Below, in pieces: positions 1 to 7,256 of a stretch of 14,789 bases of DNA (the stretch's first letter is position 1; each line of letters opens with the position of its first letter). Location of the stretch: positions 1-14,789 of the forward strand of contig JAVCCM010000093.1 of assembly GCA_030765455.1 (NCBI GenBank), given 5' to 3'. A program made the translations under genes and the position numbers. This DNA is from Candidatus Electryonea clarkiae. Lineage in GTDB: Bacteria; Electryoneota; Electryoneia; Electryoneales; Electryoneaceae. The notes beneath the pieces are model-generated. The model ran no database searches. It had not been told where the DNA came from and saw only the letters and a program-made list of their open reading frames with translations.

Positions 1-105
1 TGAAATATCAAGGGAAAGTAAACAGGAGCCGTATACGTGAACCGTACGTACGGTTCTGTGAGAGGGATGAGGCGAAGTAGATCACTCCGCCTCACCCTAC
101 TCGAT
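1..105 (+). mobile_element. Group II intron 3' terminus (domain V, then a domain VI-like hairpin). The intron body and any IEP gene would lie upstream of the window.
   Basis: Positions 26-56, gAGCcguauacgugaaccguacguacgguuc, reproduce the canonical domain V flanks GAGCCGUAU / ACGUACGGUUC. They include the AGC catalytic triad, G-U wobbles and the 2-nt AC bulge (46-47). A GC-rich imperfect hairpin follows (about 63-100, gagggatgaggcg...cgcctcaccc) with an unpaired A, consistent with domain VI. The end coordinate is approximate. Confidence 0.5.
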
Positions 106-227
106 TGTTTTTGTGATGATTCAATCGTAGATATAGTGATTACACTTTGGATGAATCCGCCAAAGGTTGGACAAGCCAAACTTTGTTTTTGCGTATTCAA
201 TAGTTTTGATTCAGGATTTGAAGAACA

Positions 228-263
228 AACCATGTTTGAAATCAAACATGGCCACCCGCCGCC
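228..263. repeat. Direct repeat copy 1 (aaccatgtttgaaatcaaacatggccacccgccgcc). It contains the hairpin ccatgtttga-aa-tcaaacatgg. On the minus strand this reads as hairpin followed by tttgttctt, an intrinsic-terminator-like signal directly after the SIR2 stop.
   Basis: The 30-nt core is identical to 1936-1965. The 10-bp perfect stem is visible in the sequence. It abuts the stop codon of the SIR2 gene (263-265). Confidence 0.8.
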
Positions 264-1798
264 TATATTTGAAAAACCTCATCAATTATTTTATACTTTT
301 TTAAGTCATAAGCGCAAAGTAATTTTCTGTAATTAGTTCCTGTTTTAAGTGAATTGTTGAAATTTCTAAGGAATTCTTCCGTATCTCCTAAAGTGACCTT
401 GTTCTCCATGATTGACCACAATATTGCATTTGTTTTATTGCTTGTGGTTACAGAATCGTCCTCTATAATATCTTGAATTTTTGAGTGTGATGTTTTACAA
501 TTTTCATTAATTTTGCTAAAACTATTTTCAATATTTGAAGATTGTTGTTTTTGTAATTTCTGTATATTTTCTATTTCTGAACATATTTGACCAAATCCAT
601 AAACTGGAAAATATTGCGAACTGTGTATCGTGTGTTTATTGATGAGTGTTAGTAATTGAGAGTTAGATTCATCCAATATGTTGAAATAATTTGACATCAT
701 TTCAGAAGATGTTTGATATTGGTAGCTAATTGTTTTCATTGACCCAATTGCAATTATTTTGTCGCTATTTCTTAGCGTATCCAAGTCTTCTGTGATTTTA
801 ACTTTAATATCTCCGCCTGAATATATTTCTCTTACAATTCTTTGAACTTTGCGTACATCCATGGCAGAAACAGGAAGCGATAATTTAGATAATGATTTAT
901 AAATTTCAATAAAATCGTCCGTTTTTATTTTATTAATTCTTATAGTGGAAAATCCTTCGATATCAATATCATGTTCTGTTATTTCATGTGATAATGAATT
1001 CTTTTCAAATTCTACCAATAGGAAATTTGCTCTGATTCTTTGAGCCTCATCAGAATTAAACTCAACATAGGTGAATATAGTTTTCAACAAACTCTTTATG
1101 TTCTTATCTCCTATGCCATATCCCAAAAATATTATTGGGTTATGAATAAATATCGACAGTAGTTGAGCTCGTATTAATTCATATTTATTTTCAAACAAAT
1201 CATAATCATTTTCAGTTATTATAATTTTCGATGGTTGCGTTGTACAACCATGAATTTTGTAAACAGAACCATAAGGATTACTAAGTAGAATGTCATTACC
1301 AATCAAAGGATTGAATTTAAAAACATTCTTTACAAGAGAGTCATAGTTTGTTGTTATGATAGAACCAATATTTTTTCTTGTTTTTTTAAATTCTGCAATT
1401 TCATCTTTCATTTCTTCTTTAAAATCTAAACATGAATGGATATTTGATATATATATTTTAAACCGACTCAGATTAATTCCTTTGTTCATTTGATCATAAA
1501 AATAATCATTAACATCTTTAAATTTACCATTGCGATCTTTTACCAATGAATCGTTAAAATCGTGTTCTAACAATTGAGCTATTTTATCATATGCAAATAT
1601 TCCGTCGTCTTCACATCTAGACTTTATATCTAAATAATATTCAGAATTATCTTTCAATTCAACAGAGATATATTTTAGCAAGTTATCCCACGTATATGAA
1701 TTATTTAGATATCTTAAACTGATTCCAGTTCCTATGAACAGGACAGGATGATTTCTATATTTAGAAATGAAGTCATGAACATTCATTAATAATCCCAT
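263..1798 (-). CDS. SIR2-like (SIR2_2 / DHS-like NAD-binding) domain protein with an uncharacterised C-terminal domain of about 250 aa. Candidate NADase-type anti-phage defence protein, possibly ThsA-like.
   Basis: The 511-aa ORF has an N-terminal HPVLFIGTGISLRYLNNSYTWDNLLKYIS (the GAG-S / PsW-LL motif of the SIR2_2 family). It also has IITTNYDSLV (catalytic Asn motif), KIHGC (catalytic His) and IIFLGYGIGDKN. Total length and the N-terminal SIR2 plus C-terminal alpha/beta-like region resemble Thoeris ThsA (SIR2-SLOG). The C-terminal domain is not identified. Confidence 0.8.
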   Translation of the reverse strand: MGLLMNVHDFISKYRNHPVLFIGTGISLRYLNNSYTWDNLLKYISVELKDNSEYYLDIKSRCEDDGIFAYDKIAQLLEHDFNDSLVKDRNGKFKDVNDYFYDQMNKGINLSRFKIYISNIHSCLDFKEEMKDEIAEFKKTRKNIGSIITTNYDSLVKNVFKFNPLIGNDILLSNPYGSVYKIHGCTTQPSKIIITENDYDLFENKYELIRAQLLSIFIHNPIIFLGYGIGDKNIKSLLKTIFTYVEFNSDEAQRIRANFLLVEFEKNSLSHEITEHDIDIEGFSTIRINKIKTDDFIEIYKSLSKLSLPVSAMDVRKVQRIVREIYSGGDIKVKITEDLDTLRNSDKIIAIGSMKTISYQYQTSSEMMSNYFNILDESNSQLLTLINKHTIHSSQYFPVYGFGQICSEIENIQKLQKQQSSNIENSFSKINENCKTSHSKIQDIIEDDSVTTSNKTNAILWSIMENKVTLGDTEEFLRNFNNSLKTGTNYRKLLCAYDLKKYKIIDEVFQI

Positions 1799-1935
1799 TG
1801 AAAATTGATCCGTAAAAAATGCGGATTAATTGTTTCCCGTCAGACGAGTGACCCTGTTGGCACCATGCCTACGTTGGATCTCTCAACGTGGTTATATTGT
1901 TATATTCGATAACGTTGATCAAGATTTGTAGAATA

Positions 1936-1973
1936 AACCATGTTTGAAATCAAACATGGCCACCCTCCCGCCC
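1936..1973. repeat. Direct repeat copy 2 (aaccatgtttgaaatcaaacatggccaccctcccgccc), immediately followed by caggttatccca (1974-1985). On the minus strand it is a terminator-like hairpin followed by tttattcta, after the stop of the 186-aa gene.
   Basis: 30/30 identity to copy 1, then a near-identical GC tail. It lies 14 nt 3' of the stop of ORF 1987..2547. Confidence 0.8.
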
Positions 1974-1986
1974 AGGTTATCCCAGG

Positions 1987-2547
1987 CTATGTTACTTGAA
2001 ATATTTGATCGTAAAGATCATACAAATGTGTAGTACCTAATTCTTCTAAAGTTACACTGCTATTCCAATTTAATTCGTGATGATCAAATGATTCATCATT
2101 TATTATTGTGTATGTTTTACCGGGTAATTTCAGTTTATGAACAATGCCAAAGCGTTCCCATTTCGTAATAAAGCGATCATGGGACAAATTTAAATTATAT
2201 AATTCAGAAGTAGAAAAATTTTCAATCTTTGAGGAAAGTTTAAAAGATGGTGCGACAAATAGTATTATTTTTGGTTTCAAAATGAGATCATTATAACTGA
2301 TATTTACTATGTCTGCTCCCAAACTTTTTGCGTAAATATATGTATCTTCCTCTGATTCAACTCGATCATTATAGAATTTTTTAAAGGAATAACAAGCATA
2401 TTTCATCATTATATTTGATGGGATTCCGGACCACATAAATCGGTGACAACTAAATCCAAATGGTTCAAAATGTTCTGAGAGTGTTTTCATCCACATTAAG
2501 GTAGATTTTCGTACTATTGCTCCAGGAAGTATAATCAATTGACTCAT
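1987..2547 (-). CDS. Hypothetical 186-aa soluble protein with no recognisable domain. Translationally coupled to the upstream membrane protein.
   Basis: ORF with an ATGA start/stop overlap with 2544..3644. No signal peptide or TM segment. I see no TIR, Macro or nuclease motif with confidence. Confidence 0.6.
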   Translation of the reverse strand: MSQLIILPGAIVRKSTLMWMKTLSEHFEPFGFSCHRFMWSGIPSNIMMKYACYSFKKFYNDRVESEEDTYIYAKSLGADIVNISYNDLILKPKIILFVAPSFKLSSKIENFSTSELYNLNLSHDRFITKWERFGIVHKLKLPGKTYTIINDESFDHHELNWNSSVTLEELGTTHLYDLYDQIFQVT

Positions 2548-3644
2548 TTTAATACTTTTTGTTTAAATAATTCGGAAAGCAGACTTACTACGAAGGGGGA
2601 TAGTAAAGGTAGCAGAAGCATTGTGTAAACATTCGCAAATAGCTTGAATTCAAACAATCGGGAATCAGTTTTTTGCAGCCCCTCATAGATAGTAAAAAAT
2701 CCTTGGTTTTTCAAGGTTTGAATTCTTCCAACAAAGTCGGACGATTTTAAATCCAAGGTGTTTATTCCATATTTACTGAATGTTTCTTTAACTGCATCAT
2801 CTTTGAATCGATTGAGCAAAACCTTTATCGGTTTGAAATACATTAAAAGGATAATTGGACTTAGAAGGAAAAATCCAAAAATCATCATTAGTAACTCTGG
2901 ATCTCCAAATAAGGTTTCAAGAGAAAATGTATCTTCCCAATTAAGAAATATGATAAGAAAATAGAATCCAAATATTGAATATATCATTACAATCCTTTGT
3001 CCAAGTCTAATTAAATTTTCAAGACCACATTTTTCATCTGGGAATAGTAATTTTGGTACTAAAACTGATTTATTGCATATATTTCGAACGAATCTTGCGA
3101 AAAAAATCGTATCAATGATTAGAATAATTAAATGATATGCGATGATTGCAAAGATTACTGCGTAATACCAACCACATACTGTAGGATTTCCATCTATTAG
3201 ATGGACATAATTAACATCTGCATTTTGTCCACCAAGCTGGATGATAGTGAATAAAAATACTATTGCCACAACTTCGATGTTAGCAAATATTGAATATTTA
3301 AGAGAAACTATTTTTCCATACTTAGTTCTATTAGGAATATCTAAAATGCCATTTGTTTCAAGATCTCCAAATACTTTTGATGTATCTTTGTAAAAACGTG
3401 ATGCTTGGTAAAAAAGTGCAGGAATCAGAAGGGTTCCTCCTACTAAAATAGTCAAATGGTCAATCAGGGGTTTCTCAATTTCAGCACTTGGAAGTAATGT
3501 TCCTTCAAACATTGAGATTATTACCTGGATGATAAAAGTAAGAAAAAATACAATAAATGTTAAAAGCCAAGAGGAGGGAGATATGACAACTTTGTCATAT
3601 ATTGGTGATCTCAGGAAGCGTCCATTAAATACTTTTTCAGGCAT
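2544..3644 (-). CDS. Hypothetical polytopic inner-membrane protein (about 7-8 predicted TM helices), family unknown.
   Basis: The 366-aa ORF has multiple 20-25-residue hydrophobic stretches (e.g. SWLLTFIVFFLTFIIQVIISMF, IEVVAIVFLFTIIQLGG, YYAVIFAIIAYHLIILIIDTIFF, LLMMIFGFFLLSPIILLMYF, VYTMLLLPLLSPFVVSLLSELF). Its stop overlaps the start of the 186-aa gene (ATGA at 2544-2547). No Abi/CAAX or other motifs recognised. Confidence 0.65.
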   Translation of the reverse strand: MPEKVFNGRFLRSPIYDKVVISPSSWLLTFIVFFLTFIIQVIISMFEGTLLPSAEIEKPLIDHLTILVGGTLLIPALFYQASRFYKDTSKVFGDLETNGILDIPNRTKYGKIVSLKYSIFANIEVVAIVFLFTIIQLGGQNADVNYVHLIDGNPTVCGWYYAVIFAIIAYHLIILIIDTIFFARFVRNICNKSVLVPKLLFPDEKCGLENLIRLGQRIVMIYSIFGFYFLIIFLNWEDTFSLETLFGDPELLMMIFGFFLLSPIILLMYFKPIKVLLNRFKDDAVKETFSKYGINTLDLKSSDFVGRIQTLKNQGFFTIYEGLQKTDSRLFEFKLFANVYTMLLLPLLSPFVVSLLSELFKQKVLK

Positions 3645-3855
3645 TTTTATATTTCTTTACTCATATATTTTATACATAACATGTCTTCAGCGGATTGAGT
3701 GGTCATACATATAGGTGTTGGAATCATATTCCTACTATCCTATTCAGAAGATTCTGATGTAGCACCATCTTTTTCTAATCTACAACTGAATTATCTGGTA
3801 CACGGTTGCTCGATCAGACAATTGATTGTCTAGTTAATCAATCTTGTCAACTTTC

Positions 3856-4113
3856 CTAGTCTGGTGGACCTATATCTTTTCTCTCTACTTTATCGACTGT
3901 ATCTACCGATTGCATATTACCCGGTGTTTCTGGATGTTTTTGGGTGTCTTCCATTACCCAGTTGGGGAGATCGAGTCCTTCCAGGTTCCGGATATTCTTC
4001 AAGCCGGAGAAAGTACCCCATAAACCGTTAACGAATTCGGCAGTGTTAGTCTTGCCGCTATCCCTGTTGCCGCCAAGGTTATCCCATGCTTCATTCCTAT
4101 TTTTGTATCGCAT
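3856..4113 (-). pseudogene. Orphan C-terminal fragment of flotillin (a duplicate of the 3' end of the gene at 5602..7062).
   Basis: The translated fragment ...WDNLGGNRDSGKTNTAEFVNGLWGTFSGLKNIRNLEGLDLPNWVMEDTQKHP... aligns to residues about 407-460 of the intact flotillin (VVWDNLGGGRDSGKTNTAEFVNGLWGTFPGLKNVLNMVGLDLPNWVMEDTQKHP). There is no SPFH domain or TM segment. Homology starts abruptly at 4087. Confidence 0.75.
3932..4087. repeat. Imperfect direct repeat copy A (about 156 bp, about 88% identical to 5696-5851), derived from the flotillin 3' coding region. It ends in ccgccaaggttatccca.
   Basis: By-eye alignment shows the first about 41 nt identical, a diverged middle, a 31-nt identical block ataaaccgttaacgaattcggcagtgttagt, then an identical 18-nt end. 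Confidence 0.8.
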
Positions 4114-4534
4114 GTAAAATCTTCAATTTTATCTCTTCTGAATCGAACTTGCCATTGATCAAAGCTGTTATTATTTCCAACAGTAGATCTTTATCAATTC
4201 GACCTGCAGCGACATGGTAACTGATATTTTCCATTTCTCGAATAAAACTTCCAGCGATGAATAGATATCCATTAAGTAACAAAAATTGTGCCCCGAGGGA
4301 AATTGCTATTCTTTTATTTCCATCTTGAAAGCAGTGAAACTTGTTTGCCGAGTAAAACAAATGTGTAAGTTTCTCCTCGAAAGTAGAGTAATAAACGTCA
4401 TTCTGAATATGCTCAAGAACACTGTCCAGTAAGCCTATATCCATGAGGCCATCAGCACCTCCTCCACTAACCTCAACAGTTTTCTTATGAATCTCAACTG
4501 CCTGGTCGAGAGTGGGATAAATAATTCTCCTCAC
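4097..4534 (-). CDS. doc: Doc (death-on-curing) / Fic-family toxin.
   Basis: 145 aa. HCFQDGNKRIAISLGAQFLL matches the Doc Fic motif H-x-F-x-D-x-N-K-R (P1 Doc: HIFNDANKRTA). The N-terminal LDQAVEIHKKTVEVSGGGADGLMDIGLLDSVLEHIQ resembles the Doc N-terminus. There is a 4-bp overlap with the upstream gene. Confidence 0.8.
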   Translation of the reverse strand: MRRIIYPTLDQAVEIHKKTVEVSGGGADGLMDIGLLDSVLEHIQNDVYYSTFEEKLTHLFYSANKFHCFQDGNKRIAISLGAQFLLLNGYLFIAGSFIREMENISYHVAAGRIDKDLLLEIITALINGKFDSEEIKLKILHAIQK

Positions 4535-5550
4535 TCTCGTTCCTTCAATCGTTTGAATACATCTTTTGCCTCTTCAAGTCGTTCAGCAAGCTCTTTACTT
4601 TTTTCGCCAAGAAAACGCTCAAATTCATCGGATTGAAGCGGCGTGATATACTCCTTCAGTTGAAGATGTAATGCATCACGAAAAGCCAGATCGCGACTTG
4701 CCATCTTCTGCCGTGCTCGCTCGATGAGAGGCTTCCAGTGAGGTTGGGATTCAAATTCTGAGAATAGATGATCAACTTCCCAGGAGTCCAGTTTTCTATC
4801 TACCTTGTAAAATGCTTCCTCTAATGCTTTAGCAAACCCATATTCATACGATGAAATAAGATCAAGAATTTCGGAGTAAAACGTGTCTCGTACTTTTTCA
4901 TTTGCTTGTAATTTCAAAATATTGCGATACTCTTCAGCATTTTCACGGAATATACTTAGATAGATTTTATTCGTATAGATTGGGTACTTGATGTTTCCCA
5001 TATCTACAAAATCACGTAATGCGTCTGTAAACTCCTTACGGTAGTCTTCCTCCTGAAAATATGCTATGATGAAATCTTCATCGCGTTGGTTGATATATTT
5101 GGTGCCTCCGCCTGATTTTATATTGATTGTATCAATAACAATATCAAGTATTGTCTGTCGAAGCAGCCTGGCTCGTTCGCTTTCTGTTAGCAACATTGCT
5201 ATATTCAAAAATGCCCGGAAATTGAATGCCCCTAATCGTGTAGTTTTGGTAGGGACATTGATGTCCTTACCAAACTGTCCCTCTACAGCTAACATGAAGG
5301 TACTCAGCCGTTTCCCTCGAAGAACCACGTAACCGTTTTTTGTCAATTCATCGGAATATTTGCCGATATATCGATTCACGGTTCGAATGTCGATTTCAAA
5401 AAATGCAGCTACTTGCTCTCTTATAACCCAGTATGAATTTTCAAACTTGATGCCTTTGATCTCTACTGCATTTTGGATTTCTTTCAGGGCATAGGGATTA
5501 TTAAGAACATTTTGCCTGTCTATTTGTGATTGTGTAAGATTCTTATTCAT
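4531..5550 (-). CDS. RhuM-like (virulence protein RhuM family; ORF6N/KilA-N-type DNA-binding N-terminus) protein. Probable partner or antitoxin-like component for Doc.
   Basis: 339 aa. VIREQVAAFFEIDIRTVNRYIGKY resembles the RhuM-family motif (approximately LMAELFQKDVRTINEHLKNIY). The size is typical of RhuM (about 340 aa). It is translationally coupled (ATGA-type overlap at 4531-4534) to doc. The family assignment rests on recall of the family consensus, not on a search. Confidence 0.55.
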   Translation of the reverse strand: MNKNLTQSQIDRQNVLNNPYALKEIQNAVEIKGIKFENSYWVIREQVAAFFEIDIRTVNRYIGKYSDELTKNGYVVLRGKRLSTFMLAVEGQFGKDINVPTKTTRLGAFNFRAFLNIAMLLTESERARLLRQTILDIVIDTINIKSGGGTKYINQRDEDFIIAYFQEEDYRKEFTDALRDFVDMGNIKYPIYTNKIYLSIFRENAEEYRNILKLQANEKVRDTFYSEILDLISSYEYGFAKALEEAFYKVDRKLDSWEVDHLFSEFESQPHWKPLIERARQKMASRDLAFRDALHLQLKEYITPLQSDEFERFLGEKSKELAERLEEAKDVFKRLKERE

Positions 5551-5601
5551 TTAACTGTCTATCTGTTTTCTGAATAGAATTCTGAAAAAAACCTTCATAT
5601 C

Positions 5602-7062
5602 CTAGCTTTCCTCGTCCACTGTTTCAGATGAATGCATATTTTCTTTCTTCACTTCAGCTGGAGTATCCGCAGTTGCTGTTGTAGCTTGCGTAGCCGGATG
5701 TTTTTGGGTGTCTTCCATTACCCAGTTGGGGAGATCCAATCCTACCATGTTCAGGACATTTTTTAAGCCGGGGAAAGTACCCCATAAACCGTTAACGAAT
5801 TCGGCAGTGTTAGTTTTGCCGCTATCCCTGCCGCCGCCAAGGTTATCCCAGACTACGACATTACTCAGATCAAGACCCTGTACCGTATCACCTACAATTT
5901 TGGTTAAATCGGTGATCTTGTCGGCGATCATCAGTTGTACAGCGCGGTCAGGATCATTACCTGCGGCGTTGACGATCTCCTTCAAACCATTAGCTGTTTT
6001 TTCAAGGATTTCAAATGCACCGCGTCCCTGGGCTTCCATCTTGGCGAATATGGCGTCTGCTTCACCCTTCGCCTCACGGCGTAATTTCTCAGCTTCAGCT
6101 TCGGCAGCTATTTCGATCTTCTGTTTGTTGATTTCAGCCGGGACAACATCCTCTGCACGTTGACGGGCACGTTCCATATCGGCACGGGAATCCTCAGCTT
6201 TTTGCTCTGCCTGGAAGGCTTCCCTTTCGGCGTCAGCCTGCTTGGTACGTTCGGCGGCGTAACCAAGTCTCTCAGCTTCCGCGACCTTTTCACGACGTTG
6301 GGCGTTACTGTTTTCCTCGGTTACTTTGGCAACGTTTTCACCTGTCACCGCATCAGCGTTGGCACTGGCGACGTTGACGCGCTGATCACGTACAGCGTTG
6401 GCGCGTCCTACCTCACCATCACGTTCCTGCTCGGCGACTTTTATCTTCGCTTCGTTGATCGCGCGAGCCGCGGCTTCCTTACCAAGGGCTTCGATATATC
6501 CGCTTTCGTCCTTGATATCGGTGATATTCACATTGATCAGTTTCAAACCGATCTTTTTCAGCTCTGTTTCAACGCTCTGCGTGATATTCTGGACGAATTT
6601 ATCACGGTCAACATTGATTTCTTCGATTCTCATGGTAGCGATAACACTACGGAGCTGACCGAGGATGATCTCTTCAGCGAGGGCTTCAACCTGGGTGTGT
6701 TTCAGGCCGAGGAGACGTTCAGCGGCATTGCTCATTATCGCCAGGGTGGTGGAGATACCTACAGTGAACACCGAAGGAACGTCAACACGAATATTCTGCA
6801 AACTCAACGCTCCCCGAAGATTGATTCCAATCTGCATCGGGCTGAGGCTGAGGAACTGGTAAGACTGGATCAGTGGCCAGATGAATGCTGTTCCGCCATG
6901 AATGCATTGAGAGCTGCGTGACTCGCCGTCACTGCCCTTTCCGACCTTTCCGTAAACGACAAGTACCTGGTCACTCGGGCAGCGTTTTACCCGGCTTAAT
7001 GTGGCAATAAGTAAAGAAAATGCAAGAATAAAAATAACTACAAGTGCGGTTAAACCAATCAT
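5602..7062 (-). CDS. yqiK: Flotillin / SPFH (band 7) domain protein, YqiK-like.
   Basis: 486 aa. It has an N-terminal TM segment (LTALVVIFILAFSLLIATL) and an SPFH region. A long Ala/Glu/Lys/Arg-rich coiled-coil (AEAERLGYAAERTKQADAEREAFQAEQKAED...EAEAEKLRREAKGEADAI) is typical of flotillins. It sits downstream of an NfeD-like gene, as in yqiJ-yqiK. Confidence 0.85.
   Translation of the reverse strand: MIGLTALVVIFILAFSLLIATLSRVKRCPSDQVLVVYGKVGKGSDGESRSSQCIHGGTAFIWPLIQSYQFLSLSPMQIGINLRGALSLQNIRVDVPSVFTVGISTTLAIMSNAAERLLGLKHTQVEALAEEIILGQLRSVIATMRIEEINVDRDKFVQNITQSVETELKKIGLKLINVNITDIKDESGYIEALGKEAAARAINEAKIKVAEQERDGEVGRANAVRDQRVNVASANADAVTGENVAKVTEENSNAQRREKVAEAERLGYAAERTKQADAEREAFQAEQKAEDSRADMERARQRAEDVVPAEINKQKIEIAAEAEAEKLRREAKGEADAIFAKMEAQGRGAFEILEKTANGLKEIVNAAGNDPDRAVQLMIADKITDLTKIVGDTVQGLDLSNVVVWDNLGGGRDSGKTNTAEFVNGLWGTFPGLKNVLNMVGLDLPNWVMEDTQKHPATQATTATADTPAEVKKENMHSSETVDEES
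5696..5851. repeat. Imperfect direct repeat copy B (within the intact flotillin 3' coding region), ending in ccgccaaggttatccca.
   Basis: See copy A. The repeat encodes WDNLGGG...HP of the intact flotillin. Confidence 0.8.
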
Positions 7063-7256
7063 TATAAACCCCTTATGTGTGGTGAACTGTTACTTCAATT
7101 TTGGACTCTGGATTTTGAATGTTGAATTGGAAAAGATTTTGGTCTCATATTTGATAAATACATACAATTGTTTCACGCAAAGACGCCAAGAAAACAAAAC
7201 AAGGCGCAAATTATTTTCTCAAACAAAGGTGCAAAGAAATGAAGAATTATCAAGAT

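Noticed and set aside
157-171. ccgccaaaggttgg, resembling the ccgccaaggttatccca junction motif
   Set aside because: It has only about 11 matching positions, with an indel and a divergent 3' half. The flanks show no flotillin homology, so this is most likely chance.
37-336. 99-aa + strand ORF at the left edge
   Set aside because: It spans the group II intron domain V/VI and the hairpin repeat. It has no RBS and is cysteine- and stop-poor, so it is a chance ORF across structured RNA and repeat sequence.
228-1973. Possibility that the 36-bp repeats are a CRISPR array or integron attC sites
   Set aside because: There are only two copies, 1.7 kb apart, with a whole gene as the 'spacer', so this is not CRISPR. 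attC sites are longer imperfect palindromes (R''-L''...L'-R') and no intI is present, so an integron cannot be supported from this window.
2758-3714. Small + strand ORFs (68 and 61 aa) within or abutting the membrane-protein gene
   Set aside because: They are antisense to a long ORF with consistent TM periodicity. They have no RBS and are lysine/arginine-rich junk.
3645-3855. Looked for a tRNA or tmRNA at the island boundaries (classical integration targets)
   Set aside because: No cloverleaf-compatible sequence or conserved T-loop (GTTCRANYC) was seen. The apparent target is the flotillin 3' coding end instead.
5066-5332. 88-aa + strand ORF antisense to the RhuM-like gene
   Set aside because: It is a shadow ORF, and the RhuM-like frame is far longer and motif-bearing.
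5708-6921. Several + strand ORFs (151, 253, 86, 65 aa) and a 61-aa - strand ORF inside the flotillin gene
   Set aside because: They are antisense or alternate-frame shadows of the Ala/Glu/Arg-rich coiled-coil region (GC-rich codons suppress stops). Their translations are low-complexity S/P/R/T-rich with no domains.
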